This document shows positions 1 through 9,977 of a stretch of DNA of 64,000 nt, one piece after another. The stretch's first letter is position 1. Each line of letters starts with the position of its first letter. A program made the translations under genes and the position numbers. The DNA is from Solirubrobacteraceae bacterium (GTDB taxonomy: Bacteria > Actinomycetota > Thermoleophilia > Solirubrobacterales > Solirubrobacteraceae), in assembly GCA_033856025.1 (NCBI GenBank), contig JAWVFQ010000030.1:4239-68238 (forward strand), in the 5' to 3' direction. A model generated the notes under the pieces. That model had not been told where the DNA came from. It saw only the letters and a program-made list of their open reading frames with translations, and ran no database searches.

Positions 1-417
1 GAAGGTCTCCAGGCGGTGCCCTGCCGAGCTCTGCTTGTACCAGTCCAGCAGCCGCCCGTCGGCGCATCCCACGTCCAGAACCCGGACGGTGCCCGCCTTG
101 CCCAGCCGGTCGAGCAGCGCCATGAACCGCCGCTGGTACATCCAACGCTTCAGCCGCGCCCCCAGGCCCCGCGACTCCTCCGACAGCAGCCCGTAGGCGT
201 AGTAGTCGGGCGGGTAGATCCGGGACAGCTCGCTGACGTCGGGGCGCGGGTTGAGCCGCACCACGCCGCAGCGCGCGCAGCGGACGAACGGGAACTCCTC
301 GTCGGTCGTGTTCGCGTACTCGTGCTCGCGCCCCGTCCACAGCGTCTGCGCCGCGGGCTCGCCGCAGTGAACGCACGGCGTCTCGACCTTGCGGACGGGG
401 GCGGCGGGGACGGCCAC
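1..417 (-). CDS. class I SAM-dependent methyltransferase, N-terminal 139 codons (gene runs off the left edge)
   Basis: Own minus-strand translation; absent from the ORF track because it is open at the window edge. GTG start at 417. Two CxxC pairs (CVHCGE..CARCGV), then SAM motif I VLDVGCADGRLL. Starts 8 nt after the desaturase stop. Confidence 0.7.
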   Translation of the reverse strand, partial: MAVPAAPVRKVETPCVHCGEPAAQTLWTGREHEYANTTDEEFPFVRCARCGVVRLNPRPDVSELSRIYPPDYYAYGLLSEESRGLGARLKRWMYQRRFMALLDRLGKAGTVRVLDVGCADGRLLDWYKQSSAGHRLETF

Positions 418-425
418 GGTGGGCG

Positions 426-1385
426 TCAGTCGTCCGGGAGCGCGCGGACGTAGCGGCGCAGCGCCTGGCCGTAAGAGGAGCGCACCAGCAGCGGCGGCAG
501 GTCCTCGCGGCGCGCCAGCCGCTGGTGCAGCTCGCGCAGCCGGGGCGCGGGCACGGACGGGATCAGGTGGTGCTCCGCGTGGTAGTTCATGGCGTAGGGC
601 GCCACGAACGCGCGCTCCAGCCAGTTGCTGCGGATCGTGATCAGGCGGTTGGCGTGCCGGGGCGCCTCGTCGTCGGTGATCGCGTGCTCGACGAAGCTGC
701 GCACCAGGTGCCCGAGGACCGTGGCCGTGACCAGCGGCGCCAGCCACAGCACCGGATAGGCCCACCAGCCGAAGGCCAGCGTCAGCCCGCCCAGCAGGGC
801 GAGCTGGACGGCGACGAGGGACGCGAGGTCTTGAAGACGGTCGGCCGGCGCCGAGCCCGCCTTCGGCGGCGGCCCCATGAGCACCATGCCGGCGTAGCCG
901 CCGAGCATCCCGCCGAGGAAATGCCGCGCCACCCCCCGCCGGGTGCGCGTACGAGGGCCGGCGTGCAGGTCGTGGTCGGGGTCCTCGTCGGTGGCCAGCA
1001 GCCGGTGGTGGCTGAGGTGCCGCGCCCGGGCGGCCGCGAACGGGGAGCCCACCGGGGCCGCGCACAGCCAGCGCCCGACCAGGTCGTTCCAGCGCCGGCC
1101 CGGAAGCAGCTTGCCGTGGTTGCCCTCGTGCTCGAGGTTGAGCAGCGCCTGGTGGCGCGAGGACACGACGACGAAGGCCAGCACGAACGTGTACCAGGCG
1201 GGATGGACCCACACGACGGCGATCGCGCCGAGCGCCACGACCCAGGTCAGGGCAAGGTAGCCGAGGTTGTAGGCGACGATCCGCGGCGAGAGCGCGAGCA
1301 TGTCGAGCGCGTCGCCCGCCAGGCCGCGCACCTGGCCGGGCGCGGCGGGTGCGGAGACGTCGTCCAGTCGCTTCTCCACGAGCAC
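426..1385 (-). CDS. membrane fatty-acid desaturase family protein
   Basis: 319-aa ORF with three His boxes (HEGNH, HLSHH, HAEHH) and hydrophobic N-terminal segments. Confidence 0.85.
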   Translation of the reverse strand: MLVEKRLDDVSAPAAPGQVRGLAGDALDMLALSPRIVAYNLGYLALTWVVALGAIAVVWVHPAWYTFVLAFVVVSSRHQALLNLEHEGNHGKLLPGRRWNDLVGRWLCAAPVGSPFAAARARHLSHHRLLATDEDPDHDLHAGPRTRTRRGVARHFLGGMLGGYAGMVLMGPPPKAGSAPADRLQDLASLVAVQLALLGGLTLAFGWWAYPVLWLAPLVTATVLGHLVRSFVEHAITDDEAPRHANRLITIRSNWLERAFVAPYAMNYHAEHHLIPSVPAPRLRELHQRLARREDLPPLLVRSSYGQALRRYVRALPDD

Positions 1386-1423
1386 CCGCCGAAAGGTAGC
1401 GCTTCCGGATACCGTGCCGGGCC

Positions 1424-2584
1424 ATGGACTTCGACCTCACCGACGAGCAGCGCCTGATCCGCGAGACCGCCCGGGACTTCACCGACAAGGAGATCGTCCC
1501 GCGGGCCCGCGAGAACGACCGCAACCACCACTTCGACACCGACCTGGTCAAGCGCATCGCCGGCCAGGGCTATCTCGGCGCGATCATCCCGCAGGAGTAC
1601 GGCGGCGCCGGGCTGGACTACCTGACCTACGGGCTGATCGTCGAGCAGGTCGGGCGCGGGGACTCCGCCATGCGCACCGTCGTCTCGGTCCAGACGTCGC
1701 TGGTCTGCTCCTCCATCCTGCGCTGGGGCACCGAGGAGCAGAAGCAGCTCTACCTGCCCAAGCTCTGCTCCGGCGAGTGGCTGGGCTGCTTCGGGCTCAC
1801 CGAGCCCGACACGGGCTCGGACGCCGCCAACCAGAAGACGCGCGCCAAGAAGACCGACTCCGGCTGGGTCCTCAACGGATCGAAGATGTGGATCTCGATG
1901 GGTAACCACGCCAAGGTGGCGATGGTGTTCGCCCAGACCGACCCCGAGCTCAAGCACAAGGGCGTGGCCTGCTTCCTCGTGGACACCGACCAGCCCGGGT
2001 ACCAGCCGTCGGTCATCGAGGGCAAGATGGGACTGCACGGCTCGGACACCGCGGCCATCTCGCTGGACGACGTCGAGGTGTCCGACGACCAGATGCTCGG
2101 CGAGGTGGGCGACGGGTTCAAGATCGCCATGAGCGCGCTGGACTCCGGGCGCTACTCCGTGGCCGCCGGCTGCGTGGGGATCTGCCAGGGCTGCGTGGAC
2201 GAGTCGGTGCGCTACAGCACCGAGCGCCGGCAGTTCGACCGGCCGATCGCCTCCTTCCAACTCGTCCAGGCGATGATCGCCGACATGGTCGTGGACACCG
2301 AGGCGTCGCGGATGCTGGTGTGGCGCGCGGGCTTCCTCAAGGACGCGGGCCGGCCCAACACCACCGAGACGTCGATCGCCAAGCTCTACGCCACCGAGGC
2401 GGCGGTGAAGTGCGCCAACACCGCCATCCAGGTGCACGGTGGCGCGGGCTACGTCGACGACCACCCGGTCGAGCGCTACTTCCGCGACGTCCGCGTCACC
2501 ACGCTGTACGAGGGCACGTCGCAGATTCAGAAGCTGATCATCGGGCGCGCCGCGACCGGCATCAACGCGCTTGTCCCCTCCTGA
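1424..2584 (+). CDS. acyl-CoA dehydrogenase
   Basis: 386 aa with an ATG start. ACAD hallmarks GLTEPDTGSD and TLYEGTSQIQ (catalytic Glu context). Confidence 0.9.
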   Translation: MDFDLTDEQRLIRETARDFTDKEIVPRARENDRNHHFDTDLVKRIAGQGYLGAIIPQEYGGAGLDYLTYGLIVEQVGRGDSAMRTVVSVQTSLVCSSILRWGTEEQKQLYLPKLCSGEWLGCFGLTEPDTGSDAANQKTRAKKTDSGWVLNGSKMWISMGNHAKVAMVFAQTDPELKHKGVACFLVDTDQPGYQPSVIEGKMGLHGSDTAAISLDDVEVSDDQMLGEVGDGFKIAMSALDSGRYSVAAGCVGICQGCVDESVRYSTERRQFDRPIASFQLVQAMIADMVVDTEASRMLVWRAGFLKDAGRPNTTETSIAKLYATEAAVKCANTAIQVHGGAGYVDDHPVERYFRDVRVTTLYEGTSQIQKLIIGRAATGINALVPS

Positions 2585-4151
2585 CCCGATCGGGGTCGTC
2601 GGCGCCGGGACCATGGGCGCCGGGATCGCGCAGCTGGCCTGCCAGGCCGGGGCGCGGACGCTGCTGTGGGACCCCGAGCCCGCTGCCCTCGCCGCCGGCG
2701 TGGAGAAGGTCCGGGCCGGGCTGGAGAAGGCGGCGTCGAGGGGGTCGGTCCCGGACGCGGCTGAAGCGTTTCGCCGGTTGGAGGCGGTCGAACGCTTCAG
2801 TGACCTCGCGCCGTGCGAGCTGGTGATCGAGGCGGCGCCGGAGGTGCCGGAGGTCAAGGCCGCGCTGTTCGAGGAGCTGTCGGGGATCGTGTCGGACGAG
2901 TGCGTGCTCGCGACGAACACCTCGTCGCTGCCCGTGACGGGGGTGGCGGCCTCGGCCACCCGCCCCGAGCGCGTGGTGGGGATGCACTTCTTCAACCCCG
3001 CGCCGGTGATGAAGCTCGTGGAGGTCATCGCGGGCGAGCTGACGGGCGAGCGGGCGGTGGAGGTCGCGCGCGCGGCGGGCGAGGCGATGGGCAAGCGGGT
3101 CATCCTGGCCGCGGACGGTCCCGGGTTCCTGGTCAACCGCTGCGGGCGCCCCTTCGGGCTGGAGGCGCTGCGCCTGGTCCAGGAGCGCCTGGCCACGTTC
3201 GAGCAGGTCGACCGCGTCTGCCGGATGGCCGGGGGGTTTCGCATGGGCCCGTTCGAGCTCATGGACCTGGTCGGGGTGGACACCGGCTTCGACGTCCAGC
3301 GCTCCTTCTACGAGCTCTCCTTCGGCGAGCCGCGCTGGCGGCCCTCGCCGATCAGCGCGCGGATGGTCGCCGCCGGGCGCCACGGCCGCAAGACGGGCGC
3401 CGGCTACTACGACTATCCGCCGGGGCGTCCCGCCGACCCCGAGCCGCCGGCGCCCGGCGGCGGCGACGGCCTCGTCGTCGTGGCGGGCGAGCTGGCGGTG
3501 GCCGAGGAGCTGCGCGCCGGCGCGGCGGCGGCCGGCTGGGAGGTGGCGCGGGGCTCCCTGGAGGACGTGCCCTGGCTGATTCTCGACTGCACCGGCGACG
3601 GCGGCCCGCCCGAGGAGGACGACTACGACGACGAGCCGCTCCAGGGAGGTCCGCGCGCCGTGCTGTGCGCCGGGGGCTCGCTGGCCGCGCTGGACCCCGC
3701 CGGGACGGCCGCGGGCTTCCACGCGCTCCCGCCGTTCGACGCCGCGCGGCTGGTCGAGCTGACGCGCACGCCGACGACCTCCGACGAGGCGGCGCGGCGC
3801 ACCGAGCGCTTCTTCTCGACCCTGGGCAAGCAGCCGGAATGGGTCGGCGACGCGCCCGGACTGGTGCTGGGACGAATCGTCTGCCAGCTGGTCAACGAGG
3901 CCGCGTTCGCCCTGCGCGAGGGCGCCGGGACCGCGGAGGACGTCGACGCCGGGATGCTCCTCGGCCTCAACCACCCCCACGGCCCGCTGCACTGGGGGGA
4001 CGCGATCGGGCTCGACCACGTCCTCGCGGTCCTCGACGGCCTCTGGGAGGAGTACCGCGAGGAGCGCTACCGCGCCTGTCCGGACCTCCGCGCCCGTGTC
4101 TGGGACGGACGCCTCGGCCTACAGACAGGCGCGGGCTTCTTCGACGGCTAG
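2571..4151 (+). CDS. 3-hydroxyacyl-CoA dehydrogenase family protein (duplicated C-terminal domain)
   Basis: 526 aa. Rossmann motif VVGAGTMGAGIA at the N-terminus, and a second 3HCDH C-terminal-like repeat near the end (GLNHPHGPLHWGD). TTG start overlaps the upstream stop by 14 nt. Confidence 0.8.
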   Translation: MSPPDPIGVVGAGTMGAGIAQLACQAGARTLLWDPEPAALAAGVEKVRAGLEKAASRGSVPDAAEAFRRLEAVERFSDLAPCELVIEAAPEVPEVKAALFEELSGIVSDECVLATNTSSLPVTGVAASATRPERVVGMHFFNPAPVMKLVEVIAGELTGERAVEVARAAGEAMGKRVILAADGPGFLVNRCGRPFGLEALRLVQERLATFEQVDRVCRMAGGFRMGPFELMDLVGVDTGFDVQRSFYELSFGEPRWRPSPISARMVAAGRHGRKTGAGYYDYPPGRPADPEPPAPGGGDGLVVVAGELAVAEELRAGAAAAGWEVARGSLEDVPWLILDCTGDGGPPEEDDYDDEPLQGGPRAVLCAGGSLAALDPAGTAAGFHALPPFDAARLVELTRTPTTSDEAARRTERFFSTLGKQPEWVGDAPGLVLGRIVCQLVNEAAFALREGAGTAEDVDAGMLLGLNHPHGPLHWGDAIGLDHVLAVLDGLWEEYREERYRACPDLRARVWDGRLGLQTGAGFFDG

Positions 4152-5542
4152 GACACCGTCACCTGGCGGACCATCGTCATCTTCTCGCCGCGCCGGCCGG
4201 TGGTCCCCACGTGCCTGTACAAGTAGACACCGGGCGGCAGCGACACGGCCGAGCGCAGGGTGACCGTGTACTTGCCACGGGACACCGGCGCGGAGCCGAC
4301 CGCCCGGCCGCCGGCCGGCGAGGCCGCCGACACGGTGACCCGGCGGACGCCGAGGGGCGTGCGCGTGCTGCAGCGCAGCGTCTTGTCGCCGGTGCGCTTG
4401 CACGAGACCTTCGGCACCGTGCAGCGCAGGATCACGAAGTGCTGCGTGATCACCACGCTCTTGCCGCTGGCCAGGGCCACCGCGGCCACCATCGTGTTCT
4501 GCTGGCGGCCGGGCTTGAGCACCGACGCCGGCACGGGCACCTGCACCCCGGGCTTGACGTTGACCGCGACGATCTTTCCGTTGACGGCGTAGCTGACCGC
4601 CGTGGCCGTCTGGCGCGTCAGCCGCACGGTGGCCTGGAACGGCGTGGCCGCGTCGCCGAACTGGCGCGTGGCCAGGACCGCCTGGCCGCCGCCCGCCAGC
4701 TTGACCTTGCGGTCGCGCACGACGGTCGGGTTGACGCAGGTCGGCGGGGGCGGCGGCGTGATCGACACCGCGCCGCCTCCGAGGATCACGGCCGCCGGCT
4801 GGCCGGCGGTGTCCTTGACGTTGCCCGAGCGGGCCAGCGCCTGGAGGCCGCCGAGGTCACCCTCGAAGTGGTTGTGCCACGGCCCCGCGTTGATGTCGTC
4901 GTTCGTCACGCCCGGGAACGCGGAGACGCCCTCCGGCGTCAGCGTGAGGTCATCGGACGAGCCGGACTCCACCGTCTTGAGGCCCGGCAGCAGCGCCGTC
5001 GCCCACTGGTAGCAGACGCCGTGGGACATGAGCCCGCCGCCGGTGCTGACGAACTGGTCGATCAGCTTGGCGTGCGTGACCAGCGAGGCCATCTCGGTGC
5101 CGCTGCAGCCGCCGCTGTCGCTGAAGTCGTTGCTGGCCTCCGAGCCGGCGAGCCAGATGATCTTCGGCCGCACGGTGCCCGCATTGAGCTTGTTGAAGAA
5201 GTCGTCGATGCCCGCGGCGCCGTCGTAGTAGGTGATGCCGAGGCCCAGGCGGCTCGCGGCGAGGCCGACGTCGGCGCCGGCGTTCCCGCTCTCCGTGGCC
5301 GCGGCAGGCGTCGAGCCCAGCGCGGCGATCGAGTTGTCGTTGGGCCGCGTGACCTTCGGGGAGATGTTCCCCAGCGCGCGCTCGGTGTAGAGCCAGCCCT
5401 TCTGCGGCACGCCGGCGCTGTCGGCCGACCCGTGGTCGGTGAGGTCGTCCCCACCCAGGATCACCGGGCCCGCCATGGCGGTCCCCGCCGTCGCCAGAGC
5501 CAGCAGGATGCCGGCCAGTAGTACTGCGATTCCACGTCCCAT
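4148..5542 (-). CDS. secreted hypothetical protein
   Basis: 464 aa. Signal peptide MGRGIAVLLAGILLALATAGTAMA. PPPPP linker followed by a Cys-containing beta-type C-terminal region. I recognise no catalytic motif. Confidence 0.6.
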   Translation of the reverse strand: MGRGIAVLLAGILLALATAGTAMAGPVILGGDDLTDHGSADSAGVPQKGWLYTERALGNISPKVTRPNDNSIAALGSTPAAATESGNAGADVGLAASRLGLGITYYDGAAGIDDFFNKLNAGTVRPKIIWLAGSEASNDFSDSGGCSGTEMASLVTHAKLIDQFVSTGGGLMSHGVCYQWATALLPGLKTVESGSSDDLTLTPEGVSAFPGVTNDDINAGPWHNHFEGDLGGLQALARSGNVKDTAGQPAAVILGGGAVSITPPPPPTCVNPTVVRDRKVKLAGGGQAVLATRQFGDAATPFQATVRLTRQTATAVSYAVNGKIVAVNVKPGVQVPVPASVLKPGRQQNTMVAAVALASGKSVVITQHFVILRCTVPKVSCKRTGDKTLRCSTRTPLGVRRVTVSAASPAGGRAVGSAPVSRGKYTVTLRSAVSLPPGVYLYRHVGTTGRRGEKMTMVRQVTVS

Positions 5543-5635
5543 TCGCGCTCCCTGTTTCGACTCCCCGGACTGCGGAGCCTACAACGCCCTGTCAAGTCAT
5601 CTCACGCTTCTCGGGCCGCGTACGTTTGTAGGGCA

Positions 5636-6109
5636 GTGACGTCGCTTCCCCCGTTCCAGGCGGTCCTCGACGAGCAAGGCGAGGACGTCTACCGCTTCCT
5701 GATCGCCCTCGCCGGGCGCCAGGAGGCCGACGACTGCTTCCAGGAGACCCTCATGTCAGCGATCCGCGCGTATCCCAAGCTGGACCCAAGCGCCAACGTG
5801 CGCGCCTGGCTGTTCACGATCGCCAGGCGCAAGGCCATCGACGCGCACCGGGCGCGCGGACGTCGCGCCGTGCCGGTGGCCGCCGTGCCGGAGGCGCCGG
5901 CCGAGTCCAACGGGGCCGGCGGCATGGACCTCGAGCTGTGGGCGCTCGTCCGCGAGCTGCCGCCCAAGCAGCGCGCCGCCGTGGGACTGCGCTTCGTGGC
6001 CGACCTGTCGCACGCCGAGGTCGGCGTGGCCCTGGACTGCTCGGAGGAGGCGGCGCGCCGCAGCCTGCACGAGGGCGTCAAGCGCCTGCGCGAGGAGTGG
6101 GCGCGATGA
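5636..6109 (+). CDS. ECF-type sigma-70 family RNA polymerase sigma factor
   Basis: 157 aa. Region 2 (DCFQETLMSAIRAY) and region 4 helix-turn-helix (LPPKQRAAVGLRFVADLSHAEVGVAL). Confidence 0.85.
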   Translation: MTSLPPFQAVLDEQGEDVYRFLIALAGRQEADDCFQETLMSAIRAYPKLDPSANVRAWLFTIARRKAIDAHRARGRRAVPVAAVPEAPAESNGAGGMDLELWALVRELPPKQRAAVGLRFVADLSHAEVGVALDCSEEAARRSLHEGVKRLREEWAR

Positions 6110-6702
6110 GCCTCGAGTCCGCCCTGTCCCGACGCGAGGACGTCTCCGCCGCGGCCGCGGCCGCGGCGCGGCGCTTCGCCGAGAGCGGCGCCGCCGACGT
6201 CACGTACGCCGTGGAGGCCTCGCCCATCGGCGAGCTGTTCGTCGCCACGACGCGCCGCGGCCTGCTGGAGATCGGCTTCCACGCCGACGAGGTGCCCGCC
6301 TACCTGGCGGGGATCGCCGCCCGCGTCTCCCCGCGCATCCTCGAGGCGCCCGGGCGCCTGGACGAGGCGCGCCGCCAGCTCGAGGACTACTTCGCGGGGC
6401 GGCGCGAGAGCTTCGACCTTCCCCTGGACTGGTCGCTGGCCCGCCAGGGCTTCGGGCGCCGGGTGCTGGACGCCGCGACACGCATCCCCTTCGGCGCCGC
6501 GCTGAGCTATCGCGAGGTCGCCGAGCGCGCGGGCAATCCGCGCGCCGTCCGGGCCGCGGGCAGCGCGCTGGGCGCGAACCCCATCCCGATCGTCGTGCCG
6601 TGTCACCGCGTCCTGCGCACGGGCGGGGCGCTGGGCGGGTACGGCGGCGGGCTGGAGCGCAAGCGCTGGCTGCTGGAGCACGAGGGCCTGATCCTCAGCT
6701 AA
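6106..6702 (+). CDS. ogt: methylated-DNA--protein-cysteine methyltransferase
   Basis: Active-site motif IVVPCHRV. I chose the ATG at 6106 (MSLESAL..), which overlaps the sigma-factor stop as ATGA. The track ORF begins further upstream at 5938. Confidence 0.85.
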   Translation: MSLESALSRREDVSAAAAAAARRFAESGAADVTYAVEASPIGELFVATTRRGLLEIGFHADEVPAYLAGIAARVSPRILEAPGRLDEARRQLEDYFAGRRESFDLPLDWSLARQGFGRRVLDAATRIPFGAALSYREVAERAGNPRAVRAAGSALGANPIPIVVPCHRVLRTGGALGGYGGGLERKRWLLEHEGLILS

Positions 6703-6716
6703 CGTCGGCGGCGGGG

Positions 6717-8879
6717 ATGCGTCGCCTGGTGCTCGCAATCGCGCTGGCCGCGCTGGCCGGCCTCTCGGCCGCGGTCGCGCACGCGGCCACCGACACCGAG
6801 GGCAAGACCACGGTGCAGCAGACGATCCGCGGGACGAACGGCGCCGGCTTCGACGGGCTGTCGCTCGGCCCCGGCCGGACCTACCTGGTGCGCGACCTGA
6901 CCGGCTCGCGGGCTCAGGCGGGCCGCGAGGCGCGCCGGCGCTCGCTCCTGTACTTCGGCCAGATGACGGACTTCCAGCTGGCCGACGAGGAGTCGCCGGC
7001 GCGGGTGGAGTTCCTGGACATCGGCAACACGCCGTTCACCGCGGCGTGGCGCCCGCACGAGGCGCTGATGCCGGCGGTCGTGGACTCCTCGATCCGCCAG
7101 ATGAACCACTTCGCCGACGGCTCGCCGCTGTCTGGCGCCAAGATGAGCTTCGTCCTGACCACCGGCGACTCCGCCGACAACCAGCAGCGCAACGAGACCA
7201 AGTGGGTGGTCGGGCTGCTGGAGGGCGCCACCGTCAACCCGAACTCGGGCGTCAACAACCCGCCGCCGGGCTGTCCGGCCGAGGGCGCGACGCCGAAGTA
7301 CACGGGCGTCCAGGACTACGCCGACAACCCGCCCGGCAACCAGTCCTTCTACGACCCCAACGACCCGCGCGGGCCGTGGGCGACGTGGCCGAAGTACCCG
7401 GGGCTGATGGACCGCGCCGAGCAGCCGTTCCAGGCCGCCGGGCTGAAGGTCCCGTCCTACGTGGCCTTCGGCAACCACGACGGCCTGGCCCAGGGCAACC
7501 AGAAGGCGACGGCGGGCTTCGAGGCCATCGGCACCGGGTGCGCCAAGCCGCTGGGCGGCGATCAGATCGGCGGCGGCACCGGCGCCCCCGTCATGCCGGT
7601 CCCCCCCGATCCCGATCGCGCCTACGTGAGCAAGCCCGAGTACAAGGCGCTGCACAGGACCGGCCGCCAGGCCGACGCCCACGGGTTCGCCTACGTCGAC
7701 CCGGCCGAGCTCGCCGCCTCCAACGGCGCCGCGGGCTACTACTCCTGGAGCCCGGCGCCCGGGTTCCGCTTCATCGCCATGGACACGGTGTCCGAGGGCG
7801 GCGTCGCCGGCCCGTCCGCCGACGGCAACCTCGACGACCCGCAGTTCCGCTGGATCGAACGCCAGCTCCAGCAGGCCACGGCGCGCGACGAGCTGGTCGT
7901 CCTGTTCGGCCACCACCCCGTCCGCAGCCTGACGGCCAACGTCCCCGACGAGACCCCGCCGCAGTGCACCACTCCGGGGCCCCACGATCCCAACCCGGGC
8001 TGCGACCTGGACCCGCGCGACTCCCAGCCCATCCACCTGGGCGCCGACCTGGTCAAGTTGATGGAGCGCTACCCGCACGCCATCGCCTACGTGGCCGGGC
8101 ATACGCACGAGAACAAGGTGACCGCGTTCCCGCGCCCCGGCGGGAGCGGCTGGTGGGGGATCGAGACCGCGGCCGAGGCCGACTGGCCCCAGCAGGAGCG
8201 GCTGATCGAGGTCTTCGACAACCGCGACGGGACGCTGTCGATCTTCGGGACGCCGCTGGACACGCAGGCCCCGACGCAGATACCGGGCGCGGGCAGCGCC
8301 TTGGCCTTCACGACGCAGGACCTGGCCGCGCTGGCCCGGACGATGGCCTTCAACGACCCGCAGAACGGCGGCCGCACCGGCGAGGGCAAGGCCGAGGACA
8401 ACGCCGTGGAGCTGCTGCTGCGCGACCCGCGCCGCAGTCCGGGCGGCGCGGCGTGCCGGGACACGTTCGCGCCCAGCACGTTCGTGACGCGGCGCCTGAC
8501 CCGCCTGGCGCGGCGAGCGGTGCGGCTGCGCGGCACCGCGTACGACCGCGACTGCACGCCGCTCGCCCAGGCCGCGCGCGCCGGCGCGCGGCGGGTCGCG
8601 GCGACCTACGTGTCGGTGGGGCGCAAGGTGGGCGGCGGGTGTCGCTTCCTCATGGCGCGGGGCCGGCTGTCGGCCCGGCGCGACTGCCGCCGCCAGATCT
8701 TCCTGCGCGCCCGCGTGGCGGCCAACCGCCGCGGGCCGGGCTCCAACTGGACGTTCGCCCGCCGTGCGCTCCTGCCGCCCGGGCGCTACTTCGTGCTCAC
8801 GCGCTCGCGCGACCTCGTCCGGCGCCTGGAGCCGAAGCCCAGGCGCCGCGAGCTGGCCTACTTCTCGATCCGGCCGTAG
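6717..8879 (+). CDS. secreted metallophosphoesterase with basic Cys-containing C-terminal extension
   Basis: Start set at the ATG at 6717 (MRRLVLAIALAALAGLSAAVAHA signal peptide). Calcineurin-like motifs GDSADN, GNHDG, GHHP, GHTHEN. Confidence 0.8.
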   Translation: MRRLVLAIALAALAGLSAAVAHAATDTEGKTTVQQTIRGTNGAGFDGLSLGPGRTYLVRDLTGSRAQAGREARRRSLLYFGQMTDFQLADEESPARVEFLDIGNTPFTAAWRPHEALMPAVVDSSIRQMNHFADGSPLSGAKMSFVLTTGDSADNQQRNETKWVVGLLEGATVNPNSGVNNPPPGCPAEGATPKYTGVQDYADNPPGNQSFYDPNDPRGPWATWPKYPGLMDRAEQPFQAAGLKVPSYVAFGNHDGLAQGNQKATAGFEAIGTGCAKPLGGDQIGGGTGAPVMPVPPDPDRAYVSKPEYKALHRTGRQADAHGFAYVDPAELAASNGAAGYYSWSPAPGFRFIAMDTVSEGGVAGPSADGNLDDPQFRWIERQLQQATARDELVVLFGHHPVRSLTANVPDETPPQCTTPGPHDPNPGCDLDPRDSQPIHLGADLVKLMERYPHAIAYVAGHTHENKVTAFPRPGGSGWWGIETAAEADWPQQERLIEVFDNRDGTLSIFGTPLDTQAPTQIPGAGSALAFTTQDLAALARTMAFNDPQNGGRTGEGKAEDNAVELLLRDPRRSPGGAACRDTFAPSTFVTRRLTRLARRAVRLRGTAYDRDCTPLAQAARAGARRVAATYVSVGRKVGGGCRFLMARGRLSARRDCRRQIFLRARVAANRRGPGSNWTFARRALLPPGRYFVLTRSRDLVRRLEPKPRRRELAYFSIRP

Positions 8880-9955
8880 TCGATCCCGCCGTAGGCGAAC
8901 GTCGGGACGATCGGCCACTGCCGGCGCCATGACGCCAGCTCGCTGGAGGGGAAGACGTTGTGCCAGCGCGGGTCGCGCCGGTTGACGTCGGCCACGGCCT
9001 TCTCCTTGAGCATCGAGTCGTACTGGTCGACTGAGTCCTCCAGCGTGTTGGCGTTCATCACGACCTCGCGGCCGTAGAACTCCGCCCACTTGCGCACGCC
9101 GGGGATCTTCGACAGGTGGGGATGCCAGTTGTCGGCGGACACGCCGTTCTCGCTCGACACCCAGATCCCCTCCGGGGTGTTGACGCACAGCGAGTGGTTG
9201 CCGTCGGTGTGCCCGGGCGTCCAGAGCAGCGCGACCCCGGGACCGAGCTGCACGTCGCCGTCGACCAGGACGAGATTGTCGGTGCGCACGTCGTCCATCC
9301 CGCCGGGGACGTACCAGGCCCACTGCGTGGGGTGCACGGAGCGGAACGTGTCGACCTCGCGCGCCTGGAAGACGAACTTGGCGTTGGGAAAGTAGGGCTC
9401 GCGCGGCTCGCTCTCGTCGCCCACCGGCTGCGTCGTGCCCATCGTGATCCGCAGGTCCTGGACGTGCAGGTGGTCGAAGGAGACGAAGTCCACGTCGGCC
9501 GGAGTGAGGCCGAGGCCGGCCAGCGCCGCGTCGATCGTGTTGAACTCGGTCTCGCCGAAGCGGTGCGAGGCCCACTCGCCGAACTTCTCGATCAGCTGCT
9601 CGTAGAACGGAGCCTCGGCCGAGCCCTCGGGCACGGTGGGCTCCCAGACCAGCGTCTTCACGGCCCCCTCGAAGTCCTCGAACTGCAGGACCACCAGTCG
9701 GTTGACGATGTTCACGTAGGGGTTGAGCCCGCGCGCCGCGCCGTGGAAGGCGAAGCCCGCCGGATACGCCGCCGAGACGAGCGGGACGGTCCGGATCGCC
9801 CGCACCTGCCCCTCGTCCAGGAACCGCGCCCGGAACTCCGCCGCGGCGGCGCGGATCGCCGCCGGCCGGTCGCCGCGCGGCCACACCTCATGCGCCTCGC
9901 GAAACTCGCCTATCTCCCGCAGTCCCAGCTCGCCCGCCCGGTCCGTCGTGGCCAT
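8858..9955 (-). CDS. divergent MBL-fold metallo-hydrolase-like protein
   Basis: 365 aa. Motifs DHLHVQD and WTPGHTDGNHS resemble MBL motifs 2 and 3 but are not canonical HxHxDH. Overlaps the convergent gene by 22 nt. Confidence 0.5.
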   Translation of the reverse strand: MATTDRAGELGLREIGEFREAHEVWPRGDRPAAIRAAAAEFRARFLDEGQVRAIRTVPLVSAAYPAGFAFHGAARGLNPYVNIVNRLVVLQFEDFEGAVKTLVWEPTVPEGSAEAPFYEQLIEKFGEWASHRFGETEFNTIDAALAGLGLTPADVDFVSFDHLHVQDLRITMGTTQPVGDESEPREPYFPNAKFVFQAREVDTFRSVHPTQWAWYVPGGMDDVRTDNLVLVDGDVQLGPGVALLWTPGHTDGNHSLCVNTPEGIWVSSENGVSADNWHPHLSKIPGVRKWAEFYGREVVMNANTLEDSVDQYDSMLKEKAVADVNRRDPRWHNVFPSSELASWRRQWPIVPTFAYGGIDYGRIEK

Positions 9956-9977
9956 GGACGTGAGCCTAGCGAGCGGA

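Noticed and set aside
8400-8879. Possible shared C-terminal sorting module between the secreted protein 4148-5542 and the metallophosphoesterase. Both tails have spaced Cys pairs and an LPPG(V/R)Y motif about 25-30 residues from the end.
   Set aside because: The similarity by eye is limited to a few residues in basic, low-information sequence. I cannot distinguish homology from chance without a profile comparison.
6699-9884. Very long ORFs in the track, such as 6699-9884 (1061 aa), 31486-34818 (1110 aa), 50349-54440 (1363 aa), 2813-5521, 12219-15278, 14483-15913 and 18311-20920.
   Set aside because: Their translations are Arg/Ala/Gly/Pro-rich low-complexity strings with no motifs. They lie antisense to, or out of frame with, ORFs that carry clear family signatures. 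Stop codons are rare in such GC-rich DNA, so these ORFs are artefacts.
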